Assembly: GCA_965223105.1 (NCBI GenBank)
Contig: OZ244987.1
Span: forward strand, 2,300,192 to 2,364,191
Origin: Saprospiraceae bacterium
GTDB lineage: Bacteria; Bacteroidota; Bacteroidia; Chitinophagales; Saprospiraceae
Length of the DNA: 64,000 nucleotides
Direction: 5' to 3'
Below the pieces are notes generated by a model. The model was not told where the DNA came from. It saw nothing but the letters and a program-made list of their open reading frames with translations, and made no database searches. The position numbers and the translations under genes are program-made. Every line of letters starts with the position of its first letter. Positions within the stretch are counted from its first letter, which is position 1. This document shows, piece by piece, positions 40,047 to 49,263 of the stretch.

Positions 40047-41198
40047 TTAACTATATTGATCTTTCAGGATTTCCCGGCTGATTACAATCTTCTGAATTTC
40101 TGAAGTTCCTTCTCCGATAGTACACAACTTGGCATCCCTGTAGTACTTCTCAACGGGGTAATCTTTGGTGTACCCATAACCGCCGTGAATCTGTACAGAT
40201 TCATTCGCACATTTGACTGCCACCTCGGAGGCAAATAACTTTGCCATAGCCGACTGTTTGGTTGCCGACTGTTGTCGATCTTTTAGGTCAGCTGCCTTCC
40301 TGGTCAGTAATTCGGCTGCTTGGATTTGTGTTGCCATGTCGGCAAGTTTAAAACTGATTCCCTGGAATTCAGCAATCGGTTTTCCAAATTGATGCCGTTC
40401 TTTGGCGTATGCAACGGAGGCTTCATAAGCACCCTTGGCGATTCCCAGAGAAAGTGCTGCAATAGATATTCGGCCGCCATCAAGAACTTTCATGGCCTGA
40501 ATAAAACCATTTCCCTCCTCACCAAGTACTAGACGCTCATGTACCCGGCAATTGTCAAAGATCATTTCAGCAGTTTCTGACGCCCTCATCCCGAGTTTAT
40601 TTTCCTTCTTACCTGAACTAAAACCGGGAGTATCTTTTGGGACAATAAAAGCGGTCATGCCCCGGCTATCGAGCAACTCACCCGTTCTCGCAATTATTAC
40701 GGCAACATCCGCCGATTTACCATGTGTAATCCATGATTTGGTACCATTAATCACGTAGTGATCACCTTCCTTCTTTGCTACACAACGCATCCGCATGGCA
40801 TCACTGCCTGTGGTAGGTTCCGTAAGCCCCCAAGCTCCCAGATATTCACCCGTCGCAAGTTTTGCTAAGTACGTGCTTTTTTGATCCTCACTGCCATGAA
40901 GTAGAATATGACCGGAACAAAGAGAATTGTGCGCTGCAACGGATAGGCCAATCGACCCACAGACCTTGGCGACTTCTTCTATCACAGTAACATATTCCTG
41001 ATATCCCAATCCCGCTCCATTGTACTCGATCGGTACCAAGACACCCAAAAAGCCTTGTTTACCCAGAGCACGCATGACATCAATGGGAAAATGTTGCTGT
41101 TCATCCCACTCCATCACATGGGGTTTGATTTCCCTTTCCACAAAGTCGCGTACGCTTTCCCGGATGAGCCGAACATTCTCAATAGTTTCCACTTTCAT
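40047..41198 (-). CDS. Acyl-CoA dehydrogenase (short/branched-chain type)
   Basis: 383 aa with GLTEPTTGSDA, a QIHGGYGYTKDYPVEKYYRDAKLCTIGEGTSEIQ C-terminus and the catalytic Glu in IGEGTSE. Confidence 0.9.
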   Translation of the reverse strand: MKVETIENVRLIRESVRDFVEREIKPHVMEWDEQQHFPIDVMRALGKQGFLGVLVPIEYNGAGLGYQEYVTVIEEVAKVCGSIGLSVAAHNSLCSGHILLHGSEDQKSTYLAKLATGEYLGAWGLTEPTTGSDAMRMRCVAKKEGDHYVINGTKSWITHGKSADVAVIIARTGELLDSRGMTAFIVPKDTPGFSSGKKENKLGMRASETAEMIFDNCRVHERLVLGEEGNGFIQAMKVLDGGRISIAALSLGIAKGAYEASVAYAKERHQFGKPIAEFQGISFKLADMATQIQAAELLTRKAADLKDRQQSATKQSAMAKLFASEVAVKCANESVQIHGGYGYTKDYPVEKYYRDAKLCTIGEGTSEIQKIVISREILKDQYS

Positions 41199-41305
41199 GC
41201 CTAAATCTTAACCCATTCGCTTTCGACAAAAATAACCATTCACCATGCAATATGACATTTTAACAAGATAATTGTTCAAAGTGTATTTGATGATCGTGTA
41301 CTCAC

Positions 41306-42580
41306 CTAAACCTTGTATTTGGCAGCCCACCACTTCCTCAATCTTTCTGCGATCCGGCTTTCGACACTGTTGCCACCAGGCTCATAGAAAATTTGGTCTT
41401 GAATTTCTGGAGGTAGATAAGTTTGATGAACGAAATTGCCAGGGAAGTCGTGGGCGTATTGGTATTCCTTGCCATAGTTCAATTGCTTCATTAGATCAGT
41501 TGGGGCATTCCGTAGGTGCAAAGGTACCGGCAAATTGCCCACTTCCTTCACTTTTTCCTGAGCCTTTGCGATCGCTGTGTAGGCACTGTTGCTCTTCTCG
41601 CTGACTGCCAGATAAATAACGGCTTGTGACAAAATGATTCGTGCTTCCGGAAATCCCACAGCTTGAACGGCATGAAAACATTGGGTGGCCATTAAAAGCG
41701 CATTGGGATTGGCAAGTCCAATATCTTCAGCTGCAGATATCATCAACCGCCGGCAGATAAACTTTGCGTCCTCCCCAGCTTCGATCATTCTGGCCAGCCA
41801 ATAGAGCGCAGCGTTGGGATCGCTACCTCTGATTGACTTGATGAATGCCGAAATTATGTCGTAATGCTGGTCCCCTCCTTTGTCGTACAGCAATAGATTT
41901 TGCTGAATGGTATTTTCTACCATGGCATTGGTAATTCCTATCTGTCCTTCCGGCAAAGAGGCAACCACGATTTCAAGCGCATTGTATAACTTCCGTGCAT
42001 CACCTCCCGAATAGTGTATTAGGGCTTCAGACTCCAAGATCTTTATTTGCTTGTTCTTTAACTCGCTATCGAGCGTAATTGCACGATTGAGGAGGATCTC
42101 TAAGTGCACCTTCTCAAGGGGTTTCAAGATATAGATTTGACACCGGGAAAGGAGTGCGGAAATGACTTCAAATGATGGATTCTCAGTTGTAGCACCAATC
42201 AAAACTATGGTTCCTTCCTCAACAGCACCCAGTAAAGAATCCTGTTGAGATTTTGAGAATCGATGGATTTCATCGATAAATAAGATGGGCCCTCCACGAT
42301 CGAAAAATTGCTGTTTCCTAGATTGCTCAATGGCGTTCCTCACATCTTTGACACCAGCATTCACGGCACTCAATGCACGGAAAGGACGATGCAATTGGTG
42401 AGCGATGATCCGAGCCAGGGTAGTTTTGCCTACGCCCGGCGGTCCCCACAAGATGAAGGAATGTATCTGATCCCCTTCGATTGCTTTACGTAATACTGCG
42501 CCTTGCTTCACCAGGTGTTCCTGTCCAACATAGTTGTCTAGGTCTGTAGGACGCATTCTTTCTGCCAGTGGAGTAGCCAT
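41306..42580 (-). CDS. rarA: Replication-associated recombination protein A (AAA+ ATPase)
   Basis: PLAERMRP..LDNYVGQEHL, Walker A GPPGVGKTT, Walker B FIDEIHRF and the MgsA C-terminal HLRNAPT motif. Confidence 0.9.
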   Translation of the reverse strand: MATPLAERMRPTDLDNYVGQEHLVKQGAVLRKAIEGDQIHSFILWGPPGVGKTTLARIIAHQLHRPFRALSAVNAGVKDVRNAIEQSRKQQFFDRGGPILFIDEIHRFSKSQQDSLLGAVEEGTIVLIGATTENPSFEVISALLSRCQIYILKPLEKVHLEILLNRAITLDSELKNKQIKILESEALIHYSGGDARKLYNALEIVVASLPEGQIGITNAMVENTIQQNLLLYDKGGDQHYDIISAFIKSIRGSDPNAALYWLARMIEAGEDAKFICRRLMISAAEDIGLANPNALLMATQCFHAVQAVGFPEARIILSQAVIYLAVSEKSNSAYTAIAKAQEKVKEVGNLPVPLHLRNAPTDLMKQLNYGKEYQYAHDFPGNFVHQTYLPPEIQDQIFYEPGGNSVESRIAERLRKWWAAKYKV

Positions 42581-42738
42581 ATCCCAATTGTCGACTTTTA
42601 TTGGTGTGCCAAGATCATCTGCAAATTCCTTGACTATATAACGGCCCTAAAAGGTTATGGGCATCATTTTAAGAACCACCTGCTAACCAGCTCCCACCTT
42701 GCGATCTTATCACTTTGCTCGATTTCTGAAAAGGTCGA

Positions 42739-43683
42739 TCACTTTGCACCGGAAGCTTGTAGGCCACCAAACTCATAATCATTATTGTCGATGATAATCT
42801 GTTCGATCCCAATATTCTTTGTAACCCAACTTGATCGATCTTTCTTCTTCTTTTTGTGCAGGGTATGGGACTCAAGAAGGAAGCCCTTTATATCATCCAT
42901 TTGCTCCTGATACTGGACCGACATGAATTTTTCCATAAACCCCATAAAAGAGGATCTCCAATCGATGTCAAGGTCTTCAGTAAGATAAAACGTGGTCTCG
43001 AAATCTTGACTCTCACCCTCGTATTCATGGGATTGATACCCTAAAATCTCCTTGGACTTTCCAGTCTTCCGGATTGTCCACTGCTCTAATGAATCTTGAA
43101 CATGGCCAGCCATGTCAGCACTTAGGGAGAAGATGTTGGGTATGGCTTGTGCGGTGCGGTCACCTTTCTTGTCGACTACGTACATTACCGTCACATCTTT
43201 TTCAAGATCCATGATGATTGTTCGGGTCTCACCCTTTTCCTCCTGCTCCATACCAAAGAGTGCCTCATCTTCTGAGAGCAGCATGACAATCTCCTGAACG
43301 TCGTTGCCGTCGGTGGTTTCAACGACCACGCGCCGGTCAAATTCATATTGATCTGGTAAATCAACAGATTCATTCATTCTCTCCATCCAGGTGCGGGCTA
43401 GTTCGCCGTACTGTACAGCAATCGAATCACCATCGCTGCCTGAATAGCTGCTGTCCTGTTTCATGGCGTCAAGTAACATTTGATCAAATGCATCGGACAT
43501 TGATTTGTAGACTTTGCGAGCAATGGCCTCCGATGCTTTTTCGACCAGGAGATCTTCGGCAGCTCTTTCGATCTTTTGCTTCGATCTCCTTAAGACCCGA
43601 TCCAATATCTGAGCATCAGAATGAAGGGGTATTGTCGTCAGCAAAAGGAGGCCACAAATCATTTTTAAAGAAGTGATAGGCAT
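42739..43683 (-). CDS. Hypothetical secreted protein, possibly DUF4412-like
   Basis: Signal peptide. The C-terminal half (..KEILGYQSHEYEGES..TTFYLTEDLDI..) resembles the corresponding part of the 61550..62263 product (..KDILGHKCYKAVLKGG..ITFYISDRIAV..). The domain name is from memory only. Confidence 0.45.
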   Translation of the reverse strand: MPITSLKMICGLLLLTTIPLHSDAQILDRVLRRSKQKIERAAEDLLVEKASEAIARKVYKSMSDAFDQMLLDAMKQDSSYSGSDGDSIAVQYGELARTWMERMNESVDLPDQYEFDRRVVVETTDGNDVQEIVMLLSEDEALFGMEQEEKGETRTIIMDLEKDVTVMYVVDKKGDRTAQAIPNIFSLSADMAGHVQDSLEQWTIRKTGKSKEILGYQSHEYEGESQDFETTFYLTEDLDIDWRSSFMGFMEKFMSVQYQEQMDDIKGFLLESHTLHKKKKKDRSSWVTKNIGIEQIIIDNNDYEFGGLQASGAK

Positions 43684-43936
43684 TTTGGTATTACAGATTT
43701 ATGTTTAATAAGGATTTCTAAAGGTAAAGAATTTCTCCTGTGGCCTAATATGGCCATTACTGAACTTCATTGGGGCTCAAGGTGGCTTCGGCGGATAAAG
43801 AAATCATCGTGAGTGAGTCCAAGATTCCATGGCAATAATGTCCATTTGTCACTTACTAATGATTTAGTACATCTTTAACGACTTGTCATGAACAAGGTAG
43901 TGTGAAATCCTGTATTTTAATGGACACACTTTAGCA

Positions 43937-45889
43937 ATGACATTTTTGCGAGCCATAATCTCGTTCTTCTTACTGTTGCTGATTTCTGAGTTGGCGGCTC
44001 AAGTGCCTTTTGTATGTAGAGGAGAATACTACTTGACATTGCGTGCACGTCGCTTTAACGAATTGTTTACCGTAAATATTGATCCGCGTACACAACTGGT
44101 TACATTTGATCAGGTGCCCATCGTCGATGGATTCGACCTCAATGCCATGGGTTATCGAATTACAGACAATTTCATTTATATCATTGATCAGACCAATACA
44201 GGATTGTTGAGAATACATGGAGATGGTACCATTGCCAGGTTGCGAGTGTTAGAAGAATTGCCGTCCTACCGATATTTTGCTGGTGCCTGCACACCTGATG
44301 GAAATTACCTCATCATTTCGGGATCGCCGATTGACTTTGGCTTTGGAAGTGCCAATATTAACCTGGTTTTTATTGATTTACGGGATCCGGCTTATCCAAC
44401 CCGTGAAGTGAGATTGGATAACAATAGGTTTTTATTCTTTGACATGGCATTTGATCCCTTTACTGGAATATGTTATGGCTATGATGCCAATAATCAGGTA
44501 CTGTGCACGATCGATATCACGACGGGAGCCATGAGTCAAGTCGGAAACCCTGGTCAGATTGCCAACTCAATGGGCACTTTGTTCTTTGATGCTTTTGGTA
44601 ATCTTTATGGTTACGGACGGCCTGAGGGTGGTAATGCACAAAACACGTTATTTAATATAGACAAATTGACTGGTCAAGTAACGGTGCGGACTACGGGAGA
44701 ATCAGCAGACCGCAGCGATGGCGCTGCATGTCCATTTACCATCAAACTGACTAAGGACGCTTTCCCCAGGGAGACAGTGGCATGCAACGAAATTATCTAT
44801 ACTTTTACCATTGCCAATGCCACAGGAATCGTTCAAGATGGAATTGTGTTTGAAGATATCATGCCTGATGGTATGGAGATCATTGAAATTGTCAATAATC
44901 CTTTCGGGGGTGACCGAATCAATACCGGACGCAGCAACGAATTAGTATTTGAAAACATGGTGCTTCCCCTGGGTTTGGATAGTCTCATTGTTAAAGTCAG
45001 ATCTGGCGCTGATGTTTCGGGACTTTTGAAAAATCAGGCCCGGTTGGATAATCTATTGGAATCACTGGGGGGGTTTACCTTGAGCGATGATCCCCGGACA
45101 TTACAAGTAGAAGACTCCACTTCGGTATTAATCAGGCCTTTGGACATCGACCTGTCATCCCAGAATAAGCTGATTTGTCGTGGTGATAGCTTATTACTCA
45201 GCGGGGATCTGCCTTCCGTGCAATACCTCTGGATGGATCAGTTCACGGGACCATCATTTGCAGTTACTTCGGAGGGAACTTATTGGGTTGAGCTTCGATC
45301 TGAATGTGACGTTTCATTTGATACCATTGTCGTTGACTATGCTCCACCAATAACGGTGGATGTGGGACCTGACCGTAGTCTGATCCTCGGAGATAGTTTT
45401 ACGATTACACCTGAGATCACCGGATTGGGACCATTTTCATACTATTGGACAACTTCCGATAAAAAGGAAACATTGAGTTGTGATGATTGCGAAACACCTA
45501 CGATTCGACCCTTTTTTGATGGTGTATACTCCTTAGTGGTCGAAGATGGTTCTGGATGTGAAGAGGGGGATGAACTTGAAGTCCTGGTCGATCGCAATAT
45601 TTATCTATGGATTCCCAATGCATTTACCCCCAACGACGATGGGGTTAATGATTTCTTTTATGTAGTTGGTCAGTATCCGTACATGATTGCCGATTTCTCC
45701 ATCTATAGTCGGTGGGGTCAGAAGTTGTATCAGAATGAAAATATCCTGGTCAATAGTGAGCGTGACGGTTGGAATGGATACGTGGGTACGCAAATGATGA
45801 ATCCTGGAGTATATGTGTACAAAGCCATTATCGAGCTGGTGGACGGTACTCAACAACATTTTACTGGAGACGTCACGCTTGTCCGGTAA
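43937..45889 (+). CDS. Large secreted protein with gliding-motility-associated C-terminal domain (T9SS type B sorting domain)
   Basis: Signal peptide MTFLRAIISFFLLLLISELAAQ. C-terminal IPNAFTPNDDGVNDFFYVVG...GVYVYKAI.. is the CHU_C/type B CTD signature. The N-terminal repeated ..GY(G/D).. segments are beta-propeller-like. Confidence 0.85.
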   Translation: MTFLRAIISFFLLLLISELAAQVPFVCRGEYYLTLRARRFNELFTVNIDPRTQLVTFDQVPIVDGFDLNAMGYRITDNFIYIIDQTNTGLLRIHGDGTIARLRVLEELPSYRYFAGACTPDGNYLIISGSPIDFGFGSANINLVFIDLRDPAYPTREVRLDNNRFLFFDMAFDPFTGICYGYDANNQVLCTIDITTGAMSQVGNPGQIANSMGTLFFDAFGNLYGYGRPEGGNAQNTLFNIDKLTGQVTVRTTGESADRSDGAACPFTIKLTKDAFPRETVACNEIIYTFTIANATGIVQDGIVFEDIMPDGMEIIEIVNNPFGGDRINTGRSNELVFENMVLPLGLDSLIVKVRSGADVSGLLKNQARLDNLLESLGGFTLSDDPRTLQVEDSTSVLIRPLDIDLSSQNKLICRGDSLLLSGDLPSVQYLWMDQFTGPSFAVTSEGTYWVELRSECDVSFDTIVVDYAPPITVDVGPDRSLILGDSFTITPEITGLGPFSYYWTTSDKKETLSCDDCETPTIRPFFDGVYSLVVEDGSGCEEGDELEVLVDRNIYLWIPNAFTPNDDGVNDFFYVVGQYPYMIADFSIYSRWGQKLYQNENILVNSERDGWNGYVGTQMMNPGVYVYKAIIELVDGTQQHFTGDVTLVR

Positions 45890-45921
45890 GAAAACTACAA
45901 CTTTGGGTACCATTTACACGC

Positions 45922-46812
45922 ATGGCAAAGTTTCGGTCATCACATTCCAGAACCGGTCGAGGCGGTCTGTTCCTCGGCTTTAGATTGGCGTTACTCACCT
46001 TGATTCTGATCCTTTTTTGGTGGTTTGGAAAGGGGTGGATTATAAAATGGTTCGGTGGGGATCCATACAGCTCAACAGAGGTAGAGATCTTCTATTTACC
46101 GGCGGCAGATTCGCAGACCGTTTATCATAAAGCACACTTCACCTTGTCGTATGACGAAGACACGGAGCAAGCCAGGTGGGTAGCCTACAAGCTTTCTATA
46201 GACCAGTTAAATACAGCTAGGGTTAGCCGAACCGACTTCTTCTATGAAGATCTTGCTATTCATACGGGTTCTTCTCGCTACGATGACTATAAAGGTTCGG
46301 GATACACCAAAGGTCATTTGGTACCCGCAGCCGACAGGGCATTTAGTGAAAGAGCTATGGAGGAGACATTTCTCATGAGTAATATCAGTCCGCAAACCTA
46401 TCATTTTAATGCGGGCATTTGGCGTGAACTCGAAGAACAGGTGAGGGATTGGGCACGAGGTTATAATGAGCTGCTGATCGTCACTGGACCTATCTTCAGC
46501 AACCCTCATTTTGAACGAATAGGAGCCAATGGGGTAGGTCTTCCAGATGCTTTTTTTAAAGTAATCATGGATGCAACAGGAGCCGAATACTTTGCTATAG
46601 GATTTGTCATACCTAATCAGAAGTCTGATTTGCCCTTACCTACCTTTGCCAAGACTGTAGATGAGGTAGAGCTCCTTACAGGCTTCGATCTTTTTGCTGA
46701 CTTGTTTATTCAGGAGGTTGAAGACAGCGTGGAGTCAAAGATCAATTGGCAACACTGGCCATTTAATGAACAAAGATATCGAGAGCGCGTCAACGTCTGG
46801 AATCGACGTTGA
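45922..46812 (+). CDS. DNA/RNA non-specific endonuclease (NucA/EndoG family), N-terminally membrane-anchored
   Basis: Trimmed to MAKFRSSHSRTGRGGLFLGFRLALLTLILILFWWF (TM anchor). Active-site region GYTKGHLVPAAD (RGH-type) and Mg-binding SNISPQ. Confidence 0.75.
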   Translation: MAKFRSSHSRTGRGGLFLGFRLALLTLILILFWWFGKGWIIKWFGGDPYSSTEVEIFYLPAADSQTVYHKAHFTLSYDEDTEQARWVAYKLSIDQLNTARVSRTDFFYEDLAIHTGSSRYDDYKGSGYTKGHLVPAADRAFSERAMEETFLMSNISPQTYHFNAGIWRELEEQVRDWARGYNELLIVTGPIFSNPHFERIGANGVGLPDAFFKVIMDATGAEYFAIGFVIPNQKSDLPLPTFAKTVDEVELLTGFDLFADLFIQEVEDSVESKINWQHWPFNEQRYRERVNVWNRR

Positions 46813-46819
46813 ATTGGGA

Positions 46820-47365
46820 TTAATTCTTTGTCATTACACTGTGGTAGTTCTTAGTGTACTTGGACCAAGGAATCGACTTGTGATAGTCCTGTGCAAAGTA
46901 ATTCATGATTTGTTCAAAGCGAAGTACAGACTGGAAACCCCTGAGGGCTTGAATAATTTCCAAGTTCTCATCCAGAAATACGACGGTGGGATAACTCAGT
47001 CTTCCTCGAGTTAACTCTACCGCCAACTCGTGATAGCCACGTTGACCATTCTTTACAAACTGGTAGACCTTGCCTTGGAAAACGAGATCGTCTCGGCACT
47101 CAGCATCAAACTTAACTGGATAATAATGCTCATTCAGAAATGAAGCAATAAAAGGGTTTTGAAATGTGGTACGATCCATCTTCTTGCACCATTCGCACCA
47201 TTCGGTAAAGATATCTACCACGATTTTTCGCTTCTCAACATCTTGTGCTGCCAAGGCCTCTTCGATTGTCATCCATTGGATTTCTTGGGCCTGGCTCCAT
47301 AACACACCTGAGATACCGAGAGTCAAGCCGCTAATCATCAGTAGTCGTGAAATGGTCCTCAACAT
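46820..47365 (-). CDS. Secreted thioredoxin-fold (DUF255/thioredoxin-like) protein
   Basis: Signal peptide plus VDIFTEWCEWCKKMD (CxxC) in a ~180-aa thioredoxin-like frame. Confidence 0.65.
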   Translation of the reverse strand: MLRTISRLLMISGLTLGISGVLWSQAQEIQWMTIEEALAAQDVEKRKIVVDIFTEWCEWCKKMDRTTFQNPFIASFLNEHYYPVKFDAECRDDLVFQGKVYQFVKNGQRGYHELAVELTRGRLSYPTVVFLDENLEIIQALRGFQSVLRFEQIMNYFAQDYHKSIPWSKYTKNYHSVMTKN

Positions 47366-47461
47366 ATCAGCTTCTTCATTCTCAATTTATCGACGAATTA
47401 ACAACTTTGAAACAAGAAACACAAGTTGGTTATCGCCCCCGATCATGCTTTTAAAAGAACT

Positions 47462-48532
47462 TTAACTTACCCTTGTGACCTTTGGTCCAATTGTACTTTT
47501 CATATATCCCATGTAGATTCTATCGTCAGAAATCCCGGTCTCACCCACTAACAAATCCTTACTCAGTTGTGGAGCCTTTATACCATATTTTAATGGCTGG
47601 CTGTTAATGATGATTCGATATTCATCCCATAGTTTGAGATCAATGAATGATTGCAACAGTAAAGTTCCACCCTCGACCATCACCGAGGCAATCCCCCTTT
47701 CATATAGATTATGTAACATGTTTATAATGAACTCATTGTCGAACTTTATTTGAAGTGTATTTGCAAATGAATACTCCGGTTTTTCTGTAATGATCAGGGT
47801 AGATGACCCACCGTCGAATAGATGATGTGATTTGGGTATCTTTTCACGTCGGTCTAGAGCAATACGCAAGGGATTTCGACCGGGTACAAGCCGGGTTGTC
47901 AGCAGGGGATTGTCGATAATGGCTGTGTTCGTGCCCACCATGACTGCATCACATTGCGACCTCCATTTGTGTACCAACCGATCCGTAAAGGGGTTGCTGA
48001 TCTTAATCCGTTCACCAGTCCTTCCGATAAAACCATCTCTAGATTGGGCCCACTTCAAGATAATGTAGGGGCGGGCCTCTTGTTGATTGACAGCAAATCG
48101 TCTAATCATATTTCTGCATTGGCCCAGCATAACACCTTCTTCCACGAGATGTCCGGTGCGTCGAAGAAGGTCGAGTCCCTGACCACTTACCCGTGGATTA
48201 GGATCTGAACAACCGACGGATATCTGGGTGATCTTCTCCTGGCCGATTAAGTCAGTACATGCTGGAGTTTTTCCCCTAAAATGGCAAGGCTCCAGGGTAA
48301 CAAACAGATGGCATTTCGACAAATCTGAGGTCTTGCTCTTGGCTCTCGTAATGGCATTGACCTCAGCATGAGGCCCTCCAAAGGCCTGGTGATAACCTTC
48401 ACCCGCCACTTTCCCTTCGGGATTTACAATCACTGCGCCTACCCTAGGGTTGAGTGCTACAGTTCCAGTGCCTAATCGCGCAAGATCGAGACATCGGAAC
48501 ATAAAAATGTTAACTTGATCCTGATCTACCAA
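47462..48532 (-). CDS. ribD: Bifunctional riboflavin biosynthesis protein RibD (deaminase/reductase)
   Basis: CMP/dCMP deaminase zinc motifs HAEVNAI and LEPCHFRGKTPACTD, plus a C-terminal RibD reductase domain (..MVEGGTLLLQSF..). Start is either TTG at 48532 or ATG at 48502. Confidence 0.9.
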   Translation of the reverse strand: MVDQDQVNIFMFRCLDLARLGTGTVALNPRVGAVIVNPEGKVAGEGYHQAFGGPHAEVNAITRAKSKTSDLSKCHLFVTLEPCHFRGKTPACTDLIGQEKITQISVGCSDPNPRVSGQGLDLLRRTGHLVEEGVMLGQCRNMIRRFAVNQQEARPYIILKWAQSRDGFIGRTGERIKISNPFTDRLVHKWRSQCDAVMVGTNTAIIDNPLLTTRLVPGRNPLRIALDRREKIPKSHHLFDGGSSTLIITEKPEYSFANTLQIKFDNEFIINMLHNLYERGIASVMVEGGTLLLQSFIDLKLWDEYRIIINSQPLKYGIKAPQLSKDLLVGETGISDDRIYMGYMKSTIGPKVTRVS

Positions 48533-48672
48533 CTTTCCTAAGTGTAAAAGGTACTGTTAAAAAATTTTGTTTTACAGCAAAAGTTTTTCATATTCGCAGG
48601 CAATACCCCCTCTTTGTAACACATCAAACACAAGTAAAGATCTATCCGTAAACTTTTAAACACTCACGTAAA

Positions 48673-49230
48673 TTGTTGTACAAAATTAAACTTAAAAACG
48701 CTGACGAGAACGTCATGCTGGATGACGAGGTCTATCACCACCTCACCACAGATCCGTACCTGGTGAAGATTGATTTTGTGAAAAACCTGAGGAAACATTC
48801 TTCGGGATGTGCTGTCTTTCAAAAATCTTGGAAACGTGCTGACGGTTACTACAAAATCGAAACAATTTATTTGCATCGCTACATTGCCGAAAAGTTTTTA
48901 CCCAAGCCCAAGTCGCCAAAGCAAAAACTGGTCGGGGCAAAAAATGGAAATAAATTGGATTGTAGGTTAAATAATCTGGAGTGGAGAACCAGATCTACTT
49001 CAAGTCGCAATCGCAAGACCACCAGTAAGACCGGATACACGGGAGTTTACATGGAAAACAAAAAGTACCGTGCAATCATAACCATCAATGGCAAAGCGGT
49101 GCATATTGGAATGTTTGAAACTCCGGAGAAGGCTGCTCGGGCTTATAATAAGAAGGCCAAGGAAGTCTACGGTGATGAGGCTAAACTCAATAAGATTAAG
49201 AGAAAGCCGAAAGCCGAAGCGAAAAAGTAG
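48673..49230 (+). CDS. HNH_3-like + AP2 DNA-binding domain protein (homing-endonuclease-derived; HNH probably inactive)
   Basis: AP2 signature: TGYTGVYMENKKYRAIITINGKAVHIGMFETPEKAARAYNKKAKEVYGDEAKLN. Upstream, LHRYIAEKF...VGAKNGNKLDCRLNNLEW matches the HNH_3 pattern (..vDHiNGnklDNR..NLr) but with DH replaced by AK. Start is TTG 48673 or 48676, or ATG 48715. Confidence 0.7.
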   Translation: MLYKIKLKNADENVMLDDEVYHHLTTDPYLVKIDFVKNLRKHSSGCAVFQKSWKRADGYYKIETIYLHRYIAEKFLPKPKSPKQKLVGAKNGNKLDCRLNNLEWRTRSTSSRNRKTTSKTGYTGVYMENKKYRAIITINGKAVHIGMFETPEKAARAYNKKAKEVYGDEAKLNKIKRKPKAEAKK

Positions 49231-49263
49231 TGCTGCTGAGGATCCCTACGTTTCGATGTTGGG

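Noticed and set aside
48533-48672. Possible FMN (RFN) riboswitch upstream of ribD
   Set aside because: The minus-strand leader is AT-rich. It lacks the conserved GGGCGGGG.. / ..CCGACGG.. RFN segments and any multi-stem structure.
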